Assembly (NCBI GenBank): GCA_040954595.2
Contig: CM082586.2
Coordinates: 8,525,337-8,589,336 of the forward strand
DNA length: 64,000 nt
From: Balanoglossus misakiensis
Lineage: Eukaryota; Animalia; Hemichordata
Direction: 5' to 3'
Shown here: positions 1 to 11,700 of the stretch, one piece after another
Position numbering within the stretch: position 1 is the stretch's first letter
How the letters are laid out: every line of letters starts with the position of its first letter
Notes under the pieces: model-generated
What the model was told of the DNA's origin: nothing
Databases searched by the model: none
The model's input: only the letters and a program-made list of their open reading frames with translations
Position numbers and translations under genes: made by a program

Positions 1-567
1 AGTATACATACTCGGGAATGGCCCGGCCATATTTGACGTCCGATTTAGGAAATTTTCAATTGTGTTTTTGAACGCCTGTTTCACCAACGCGGAATTGTCG
101 GATATATTGTTTGTCGTTGTCGACTATCAGCCGTTGATAGTCAATAACTTTTCAGAATTGGTCATATAGGTTTGATATCATCGTCTGCTCGCACGGGTCG
201 TTGGATCGACCACAGTTTTCGGAGAGCCAGACCCTGGCGGGCGATGTTGGTTTGATATGAGGATGTGTAGGCCGCTATAAATGGTATTGGTCAGATTTTC
301 CATTTTATGACAATATGCCCGGGTCCGAAGAGTTGAAAAGGTTTCATATTTTCCCCCACATTGCTACAAAATACCCAGTTTTGCGGTACCGTATATGGGT
401 ATTTCTTGGCAATTTGGTATCAGGTCCAGAATAAAATGTATAAATGTCATTCAACTTGATGAAATCTTGATAACCATACCATTTGTAAATTGTTCTGTGT
501 ATAATCAGATTTGACTAGACCCCCCCCCCCTTCCCCTCTTCCTATTCTGCCTCCTCTTCCTCAACAG

Positions 568-1512
568 GACATCTTCACTGAAGCGTCACGTGAGTTGTAC
601 CGGGCAACTCGACAGCGAGCTTTCTTCAGTAACATCACCATCTCATTACCAGCCACATGGAGTGACAACATAACAGCGACACTGAGTGACATGACAGATC
701 CCCAGGCTGCCAATATCATAGTGACAAAGCATGACAACGTCGACGTGGAAACACCGTACACCAATCAGGTCGATTCCTGTGGGAAGCAGGCCCAGTTTTT
801 ACATTTGACTGATAAATTTATTCTTGACAGTCAATGGACAATGGACACATACGGACATCCAGGTATAGTTGTTGAATAACCTCAAAGTACTCTCTTAGAC
901 ACAAGTATTACCTATCGCCAAGTCGTTATGGAGTCTTAAACATGTGCCACACCTTCACAATATTAGCCAGTGAAGGGTTCTGCTGTTTAAATGGACGTTT
1001 CATTTTCTTCTCAGGGAAGGTCATAGTACACGAGTGGGGGCACCTTCGGTGGGGCCTCTTTGACGAATACCCAACGAGTTCCGGTCAACATTTTTACTTG
1101 ACTGAGACCGATGAGGTAGAAGCAACACGGTGTTCGTTGTCAGTGCTCGGGAACATAGACGGGGACAACTGCACCTTGAACTTGGAGAGTGGTGTACTGC
1201 CCGCCGAACACTGTCGTTTCGTTCCCCTCCTTCAAAATAACCAAGCCACCGGTTCATACATGTACGCAAGTTTCGTGGATTCTGTAAGTAGACCAATTGA
1301 ATAACAAGGATGCCAATGCATGGGATTTCATAAAATGTCCCTTTTCTCGTTCCAACATCAACGTCAGTCCAGCATGGCAGATCACTAGGGTACTTTGTTT
1401 TAGCCTTGCCTACTGCCATGCAACGATGTGATCCTGATGATCAATTTTATTTAGCACAGATGATAAAAATAAGAACAAAGAAGAGATGAAGAGATGATTG
1501 AGAGAGAGAGAG

Positions 1513-1594
<82 letters not shown>

Positions 1595-4500
1595 GGTGGT
1601 GGTGGTGGTGGTGGTGGTGGTGGTGGTGGTGATGGTGGTGGTGGTGGTGGTGATGATGATGATGATGATGTTGATGATGTTGATGATGATGATGATGATG
1701 ATGATGACTTTTTTGACTTTTGAAAATAAACCTTTATTGCGTAAAATAAAATTATTTACACTTTATTGAAATTCAGAAGAATTCATAAATTCAGACTAAA
1801 ATAATACAAAGTGAACATTGTTCCAGGGTTGTAGGATTTACAACTGATACATAGTCCAGGGTTGACGGCAGAGAAGTATTGCAGGGTTGACGGCAGCTAC
1901 ATGTATGTACTGCAGGGTTGACAGCATAGATGTAATACAGGGTTGAAGGCCGAGATGTACTGTAGGGTTGACGGCAGAGATGTATCCTAGGTTAGACGAC
2001 GGGAACGTTACAGCAGTAATGAGGCTGAAATGAGAAAAAAGTGTGTAACCCTCTGACGAATGGGCGAACCATGTTGGGATGGTTCCCGTGAGGAGTACGG
2101 AGCCCAATCCCAAACGTCAGCATTGTAGCCTATTGCTCCAATGAAAGCGTGTGTGTAAGTGTTTATCATTATTACACAGAACTAGTACAAGTGATTACGA
2201 TAAAATTGTAGCAATGTTTAAGTTTCCTTCATGAACTGAAGCCAAGGCATTATTGATGCACCACATGTTTATAAAGACGTCAGTTTTTGAGCAGTTTCTG
2301 TAGTAGGTAAATTCATTGATTAAACGAGAACGTACACGGACTTTAAAGAGATCGACAAGGGAAAAGCTTTGGTTTGAGATTCCTTCAGTAAGAGCTATGT
2401 GACGGGTAATATGAATTGAGAGTTTAGCAGTAACAAAAAGAAACATTAAAAGGGGGCTGATATGTTTTGTAACATCTTTGTTACAGACTGGCCCTAAAAT
2501 GAACCACCAATAAGGAATTTTGCACACAGTACCCAGGATGCGTTGACACAAGGTACGAATGATCTTGAAAAGAGGATTTAACCGAATACACTCGAGAAAA
2601 ATATGGAGCAAGTCGTCTTTGGTTTGACAGAAAACACAGTTTGGGGTGGGGGCATAATTACAACTAAACATAAAAGTACCGGTAGCATATGCGCCATGCA
2701 GTATGCGCCACTGCAGGTCACCGTGTGATTTTGGAATAAGTCTAGTGTAGCACAATTTAAAATCAGGTTTAATACTGTCTGGCAGGGACAAAACATCTCT
2801 CCAAACTGTATCCTGACGATTGGGGAGATTATTACACATAGAAACATTAATGAGAAATTTGTAAATTTCACCTTTTTCACTTTTGTATAATGGGCAGTTG
2901 AGGAGGACATCGGGTTTCGAGTATACCAACTCAAACAAGTAAGAGTACTCGTTGGATCTAGTGTCTGAAATGCCCTTAAAAAATTTCCTAATTTCCTTTA
3001 TCCAATTAATTGGTAAGGAGCTATGAATAGTTTGAAGAGTGCGGATGAAGATCCTCATAGAGTGAAATTGAACTTTGTCTTTAAAATAATCTGCAGTGTG
3101 CCACATCTTTCTGTCAATATTAATAAGGTCCGCGACCTTGGTAATGCCAGCATCAACCAGATTTTGAACTATGGTTGTTTCATGCCCAACAGAAAGTTGA
3201 ACCAGGTCATTATAGAAAAGAGGTTCGTTAAGAATATCACAAATAGCTGTGGGATGATCTTTCCTAAGTCTTTTAATCGAATTCCATGTTTTGAGGAGAT
3301 CACGATAAAATAAAGGCAAAGTTCCTGGTATCGAAGGAATTTCAATTGCAAGAAGTTGAGCGCCATAATCTAGAGCATGGACTGTTTTAAAATAGTATTC
3401 CAAGAAAGAAAACGAAGGATGATCCAGGGAGGAATGGAGAAACCTCTGCAAACGTTGCAAACGGAAAGCATTGATCCGAACAGGAAGACAAACGAGGTTC
3501 TGACCCCCACTTTCAATGCGAGCATAAAGTAAGTGAGCTGGAAGCCAGTGCCGGCCTTGCCAGAAGAAATCAAGAAAAGTATTTTGAATATATGAAATGA
3601 TATCAGGGGGAGGAGATAAACAAACTAGTCTATGAAACAGTTTAGTAGCAGCCAGATGATTAATAACAATTACACGCCCCCGATATGACATAGCTTTTAC
3701 AAACCTTGACCACCAAGAAAGCTTATTATTGATTTTGCGAACACAGTCATCCCAATTTTGTTGAAAGAACTCATCCGTATTCCCAAGGTAGATACCAAGA
3801 ATTTTAAGCCCTCTACTGTTCCATTTGATTCCCAAGGGGTGGTCAGTTCTACCTCGCCATCTTCCAACCCACAAACCTTCAGATTTACCATAATTAATAT
3901 GAGCATTGCTCGCGTTTTCATAACTACAAAGCCACTGGCGCATTTTACTGAAGTCAGAATTCTTAGTGATCAAAAAGCTAATATCATCTGCATATGCAGA
4001 AAGTTTACACTTACGATCATTGCTTTTGGGGATAGTAATCCCCAAAATATTGGTTTCAGATCTAATTTTATGTAATAAAGGTTCAATACAAATAGCATAA
4101 AGTTGTCCTGATAAAGAGCAACCTTGTCTTATACCCCGTTGAAATTGAACTGGACCAGTCAGGGCGCTATTCACACGAATGACACTTTCAGTGTTAGTAT
4201 ACAAAAGATCAATGTATTTTATAAAAGTTTCACCAAAACCAAAAGCTTTGAGTGCTCTGAGAAGATAATTATGGTGAACCCTATCAAACGCTTTTTCTTG
4301 GTCGACAGAGAGAATACCAAGGGGAAGATTAAACTCATTATGGTAGTTAATACAATCTCTAATCAGATGAATATTGTCAAAAATCTGTCTGCCTGGAATG
4401 GTGTAGCTTTGATCAAGATGAATAACATTGTGTAAAACACCACGGAGACGAATGGACAAGGCTTTCGTAAAGATTTTATAATCAGAACAGAGTAAGCTGA

Positions 4501-7500
4501 CAGGCCTCCAGTTTTTTAGTAGTGTGTTGTCACCTGGCTTTGGTATAAGCGATATTACAGCTCTCCGACATGAAGTTGGAAGAAAACCTTCTTTAATTGA
4601 GGCATTTAACATTTCATGCAAGTCTCTCCCGAGACTAGACCAGAAAGTTTTATAAAACTCAACAGGGAGACCATCAATACCAGGTGTTTTATTAGTAGAA
4701 ACATATTTCAGAGCGTTTGTAAGCTCCTCGAACGAAATTGTGTCATCACAAAGCTCAACATTTTCCGGGTTAAGTTGTGGCAGATCCTTAAGAATAGTTT
4801 CTTGATCATTGTAAGAAGTAGGGTCTGGTGTATAAAGCTTCTGATAGAAATCACGAACCATATTGCGAATTTCAGCTTGGTTTTCAGTTAAGGTTTGATC
4901 GTGAAGCCTAAGCTGAGTGATATTTTTACGCACTCCTCTATGTTTCTCAAGTGAGTAAAAGAAATGAGTGTTAGCGTCTGCTTCATTAAGAAGCTGATGT
5001 CTGGAGCGGATAGCAGCTCCTCGAGTCTCAGTTTTTATCAAATTATCAAGAAGCTCCTTTTGTTGCTGATACCTAGCATTCAGGTTAGGCTGTTTATCAA
5101 TAATACGCTCAATTTGTTCAATTTCATTAACAATATCCTGTTTCATACGTTTGTAGTTGTTAGTACGTTCATGACTGTATTGCTTACTCAATTCTTTGAT
5201 TTTGTGTTTACCAATATCCCACCAACTCTGTAAAGACTTAAATCTGAATTTCTCTTTTTGCCATTTTTCCCAGAATTGGCGAATAAGAGTACAATAGTCT
5301 TCTTCATTAAGAAGACTAGAATTGAGGCACCAGACTGGATTTTTACTCCGAGAATTTTTGACAGAGATATTAATTGAGACAATCGAGTGATCAGAAACAT
5401 TCACAGAGGAATCAATGGCTGCAGACGTAATTTTTGAAGTAAGCCAATTATTTACATAGAAGGTATCAATACGAGATTTATTATCTCCTCTTTGCCAAGT
5501 ATAATTCCGTGCATTGTTGTGGAAATAGCGCCAGGCGTCAGAAAGTTTAGATTTATGCATAATTGAAGCAAGAAGACGCGACGATTTGAGATGTGGTTCA
5601 ACTGTGGAAGTACGATCCAACTGAGGCTTAAGAGTACAGTTAAAATCCCCACCAATAATTACGGTATCATCAACACTGATCTCACTTAACAACTTTTCAA
5701 GTTTCTTAAAGAAGCTGAAACGGTCACCTCCATTGTTTGGAGCATAAACATTAATGAGATTAACATAATTATCGTCAATTTTGACGCGAAGATGTAGTAA
5801 ATGACCATGAACAACACTTTGAGAGGAAATAATATCGACCTTCTTATTTTGTGAAAGCATTATGGCAACGCCAGCAGAGTTACTAGAACCATGGGAGAAA
5901 TAAATTGGTGCACGCCAAACTATTTGCCATTGCGCTTCATCGTTTGGCGTCGAATGGGTTTCTTGAAGAAAGTAAAAGTCAGACCGATTAATTAATTTTA
6001 AAGTCGAAAGGACATCATACCTTTTCAAAGAATCATGACCACCATTAATATTCCATGTAGCAGTGGAAATATTAATCATCAGCAGGCAAGAGATTATAAG
6101 TAAAACATCCATTGAGACCATTATTTAGGGGTGTTACCTTTAGTTCTAACATGAGTAAACAGCTTTGCCATGAGTCTCTGTATCCTGACTTTTTGTTTGT
6201 TATCAACAAGAGTGGTTTTGCGTAGCTTGTTGAATGATTTAATCAGCAATCTTATATCTGAACAGTACTCATAGCATTGTTCTATCATATTCTTCGATCC
6301 CTTAATTTCCTCTAAAAAAGCAATGAGATTAGTAGCTTGAACCTCCCTACGTTCAGAAAGTTCAGAAATGTCAGAAGTGTCAGAGGTCATAGAAATATTA
6401 TCAGGAAGTTCAGAAGTCACAGAGATGCAATCAGCATCCGACTCTGAACACTGACTAAGAATATCAAAACTATTAGACGTACTAATTGGTGTTGAAACTG
6501 TAATCTGGGAATCAGGAGGGACTGATTCCTTTCTGGATTTGTGAAAATTCACACCAGAGAAAGGAGTCTCGGGAAAATCAAGGGAGAGGGAGGAGGAGGG
6601 ATCGGAAGAGGAGGGGAGGGAAAGAGAAGACAACACAGAAGGAGTGGAAGGAAAAGAAGAAGGGGGTAGTACCCTGTCTTCATCAATATCACCTACATTA
6701 AAAGGCCTTGTTTCTGTGTCTTTGTTAGTCTTCTCTTCCGTAGTAACACCACTTGTACTTCCATTACTACTGGGTTTTTCCTTTGCAATTACATCATCTG
6801 CACCCTCAACCATATTAACACTTGTATTATTCATTGTTTTATCATCTGCCCTCTCAGAGCTGTTGTTATTGATTTTTTCAGGCATGATTACATCATTGAC
6901 ACCTTCTGTCTGCATCTCATTATCATTTCTCTTTTGTGCAAGATCGTTAACACTTTTGTTCACACCTACAGTAATATCATTATCGCTGTTTACCTCAGTC
7001 TGCATCTCATTATCATTTCTCTTTTGTGCAAGATCATTAACACTATTATTCACACCTACAGTAATACCATTATCGCTGTTTTCTGTTCTAGCTTGCCATG
7101 TGCTTACAACTTCACGAGTAAGAGGGCAAGATTTACGGATATGTCCTTTTGCCCCACAAAGAAAACATCTCATTTCGTCTATCGTAATATATATTGGGTA
7201 AAGACGATCTTCATATTTAACATTGATGAGGCCATCAATATTTTCATTATGCAGTAAAACATGGATTTGCCGTCTGAACGACTTTACGTGTTTCAACGCA
7301 GGATTTTTGCATCCTAGAGGAATAGGCCTCATGTTCCCGACCACTCTACCCAATTTCCACAACTCTTCTTCTAAGTATTCATTTGGTATAAAAGGGGGGA
7401 CGTTAGAAAGAATAAGTTTCGAAGCTGGCTTCACCATATGCTCAACGTCAACCATTTCACCTTTAACCGACAGTCTGGATTCTACAATGCTTTCTACATG

Positions 7501-7899
7501 CTCAAGCGAAGCCAGGAACACCACAACAGAACGATTCATGCGTGAGGCAGCGATAATATTCTCGCTCCCAATCTCCTTAGCAATTTCCTCAACATAACTC
7601 TCCACAGGGAGATCTTGAACATTAGTGCACCTTATCGCGTGTTTCCTAGTCAATCTACGAAATGGACTGTCAGCGTGGGCAGCCATATTGCCGACCCCGG
7701 GCTGCCACTCGGTGGCAAAGAAAAACAATCCACCAAAAATCCCCCCAATCAGCACAAATATGACAGTAAAAAACGAGTAAAGTGAAACAGTACCGTACTC
7801 ACAATACTGTAGTTGAACGATTTTTGAGGGATGGTACCTCTAACACCAGAAAAGCAACGCCAAGTCAGGAGCGCTTCTGTACCGCCACCACCACCATGA

Positions 7900-7933
<34 letters not shown>

Positions 7934-8007
7934 GGTGGTGGTGGTGGTGGTGGTGGTGATGGTGGTGGTGGTGGTGGTGATGATGATGATGATGATGTTG
8001 ATGATGT

Positions 8008-8054
<47 letters not shown>

Positions 8055-8094
8055 GTGGTGGTGCCGGTGGTGGTGGTGGTGGTGGTGGTGGTAG

Positions 8095-8153
<59 letters not shown>

Positions 8154-8163
8154 TTGATGATGT

Positions 8164-8225
<62 letters not shown>

Positions 8226-8265
8226 GTGGTGGTGCCGGTGGTGGTGGTGGTGGTGGTGGTGGTAG

Positions 8266-8344
<79 letters not shown>

Positions 8345-8382
8345 GGTGGTGGTGGTGGTGGTGGTGGTGGTGGTGATGGTGG

Positions 8383-8414
<32 letters not shown>

Positions 8415-8424
8415 TTGATGATGT

Positions 8425-8494
<70 letters not shown>

Positions 8495-8526
8495 GGTGGT
8501 GGTGGTGGTGGTGGTGATGGTGGTGG

Positions 8527-8561
<35 letters not shown>

Positions 8562-8571
8562 TTGATGATGT

Positions 8572-8606
<35 letters not shown>

Positions 8607-8646
8607 GTGGTGGTGCCGGTGGTGGTGGTGGTGGTGGTGGTGGTAG

Positions 8647-8720
<74 letters not shown>

Positions 8721-11700
8721 GACGACGGCGGTGGTTAATGGTGCAGTTTATGAAGGCATTCATTCAATTGTTTTCTAACCTAATTGTAGAATTGTTGCTT
8801 GAGGTTACTAAATATCGAATCCAAAAGTCTTGATTTGGTCACACCATCAAAGTTTTCCTGTTGACATTGAAGTGCATTTACCGTCTTCTTCGTTCACCAG
8901 GTGGTTGACTTCTGCCACAGTGACGTCATCAACGGAGATCCGGGATCACTTCACAACGCCATGGCTCCCAACCTGCAGAACATACTGTGTTCATATCGCA
9001 GTGCCTGGGACGTGATGTTGGAGTCAGAAGATTTCAAGAATGGCGCCAATCAGGCCAGACACGTGACCGACACTACTCCGACTTTCCACATCGTGAAACC
9101 GAAATCAAAACCACTGAAAATTGTCTTTGTGTTGGATATTTCCGGCAGTATGGGTGGGGTTCGTATATACATTGCGTTCTCTGTATTTATGATCTCTATA
9201 AACGTGAAACATAACTCCCTAGACAGGAGAAGAGGAGTATAAGGTAAATCTTGGAAGATCGCATAGATAGAAATTATTGTGTTCAAACTTCAATTCTGTC
9301 GACAATAAACTGCCTATCATCAATGTACCTCTGGACGTACATAGGAGGGGATTCCATGTTTTCTTGAACTGACAAGTAGTCCATTCTGGGGGGCTTTGAA
9401 CAGGTATCTGATTTGTTAAACTTGTTCGAGCTTAGACGTTTTAAATTAGAGCTCTGAACATTTCTCTCAGCAACCGTTGTTTAGCAATTTGATTTTTCCG
9501 TATACCCTTACCCTCTTCCTACCAGGCTAGGGGTGTTACGCACTTTAAAATTTAATTTATTGTGAACATCTTGGCACGGATCATATACAGAATTTGACAT
9601 ACTTTATCTCCTTTGGCTGTGTGGCTCTTCTGAGTAGCACAATTCGAAGAATTACAATTTATATTTTCAATTTATTTATTATTTATTATTTATCATCGAG
9701 AGCCAGTAAATACAAAATTAAAACCACAACGCAGACATTAAAATACATTGAGAGACATTAGAATACAGTAAGGAAAGTTAAAAGTTTAAAAACGTATATA
9801 ACGTATCATTTTCACTTTATCTGAATAGTATGTCAGCCCGATGAACCAGATCATTAGCAAATACATTCGAGAGACTGTGCCAGATGGACATTTTGTTGGT
9901 ATTGTTGAGTTTGAATCGTATGCAGTCATCACAGCCAACCTGACACAGATAGAGACGACGCACGATCGCGAAAGACTAGCGAACGTGTTGCCGGTAACCG
10001 TCCGGGGTGGTACGTGCATTGACTGTGGATTGAGAACTGGCATACAGGTGAGAATTTGATGTGCACATTGATTTGGGTATAACAGACTAAGTATTGGGGT
10101 CACATAGGGACCATTAAGACGTTTCTGAAACGTCTCAGATCAAATACTGGCGTAAACTTTTATGTGTGAACGGATTACATTGCGTCGCCTCGCACAGACA
10201 GGAAAGCTTCAATATTGCATCGGCACAAATATTGCTGATTACACCTAGAATACTTAGCAACATGAAAATGACGTCAAAATATTGCAATCGGAAGATACTG
10301 AACGCCTCCCCGCACGCTTGGCGAGAATTGGTAATGGCCGAGTACTGGCGCAGGGGTGTACCGACATTTCTACGTTTTAAATGTTTTGATATATGACTGG
10401 AAATGCAACTATAATATTGGCAAAAAAACATTCTTCTATTGTTACAGGTGTTAGAGAGCGATGGACAGGGTTCTGCTGGTGGCATACTGATGCTGTTTAC
10501 TGACGAAGGGTACATCACGGTCACACAAACCTTAATATTGAAAGGCGTCCACGTAGATTCGATGTTATTTGGTAATTACGGGTATGCGGAATTGTTTCAT
10601 TTATCAGCAGACACTGGGGGAATTTTCTATCAATACAACAGTGGTGACGACTTGGACACTCTCAACAGATATCTGTCGCAGGCATTATATTCACGGGTAC
10701 CTGCAGGTAAAGCCTACGCGGAAAAACAAATTGTGAGTGTCATGTGTCTATATCTTTACAACTCCGATGCGAGTTTTTACTTGGAAGACCTTCATTAAGC
10801 ACGGGCGACCAAGGCATCGGCGTTGAGATCTTGATAAAACTGGATTTATACACTTAGTTTCTACTCCTTGACGATCTCAATGAAACTGGCTTTCACATGC
10901 CAATTACTATACCCGTGATGTCCGTATTTTGACGAGTTGCTTCCAAAATACGGACATCACTCGAATGCAACGCGTTATCGACCAAAATTCGTGTAATAAC
11001 CCCTAAACAGTAGTCATCGGCAAGTGAGTGGGACACAAAGGAAATATGTGGATACAGTTTTATTTATATCTCCACGATGGACCATGTGTTGTTTGTCCTT
11101 CCAAAATGGTTTGTCCTGTGTCACATGAGAATGTCCTCCGATATAAACTGCCCCTAGCCAAACGAGATCTCACAGGGTTTCGTGGAAAATAGTCTATTCG
11201 ACTCTATATACATAGTGTACCATGTTATTCAAATACTTGTGAAGTCTGAAAATTTGAATTTGATTTGATCAAACGATCTGAGAAACCATTTACAAATGTA
11301 TTGTTAGCTTAGACATTTCATAATACAGGTTATTATTCACCATGCAAATTTGAACTATGATGTCACTCCGAGGACTAATGACTTATAGGTAGTGATTATA
11401 TTTTGTATACACGTTGTATGTGCGCGTATATTGGACTTAGGAGATTGTTATGAAGAGTCTCACACCAGATGTTTATATTGATACTAACACACTCAGAATT
11501 TCTTCTTTTGTAGTTGTATAGTCGGAGAGAGACCATTGATGACGAAATAACGGGGTCCATTTTCATCGACACTACCGTTGGTAGAGACACACAGTTTTTC
11601 TTTACAAGTGAAATATCACCAATTGATGTTGCTTTATATCGACCGGGTGGGGAAATCATCGTCAACGGCTCTGTTGAATACGGAAGTTACAAGAGTTCAA

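Larger units (their letters stand above)
1708..7895 (-). mobile_element. Full-length Tx1-clade (L1 group) non-LTR retrotransposon in a CLCA intron, antisense to the host gene
   Basis: Two uninterrupted ORFs (zinc-knuckle ORF1; APE-RT-zinc finger ORF2), ~210-nt 5' UTR, ~490-nt 3' UTR. On the minus strand AATAAA (1733-1738) is followed by an AAAAGTC-AAAAAAGTC tail. Both ends abut the microsatellite. Confidence 0.93.

Noticed and set aside
1824-2000. CRISPR-like repeat/spacer appearance
   Set aside because: Eukaryotic retroelement UTR; the linkers are short and similar to each other, and there are no cas genes.
2578-7597. Many short ORFs overlapping the retrotransposon on either strand
   Set aside because: Shadow frames of ORF1/ORF2 with no motifs.
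7782-8763. 318-aa poly-Met/Val ORF and 307-aa poly-Ser/Pro ORF (also 1494-1769, 28564-28797, 39662-40342)
   Set aside because: Stop-free frames of trinucleotide microsatellites; intronic or intergenic, with no coding signature.
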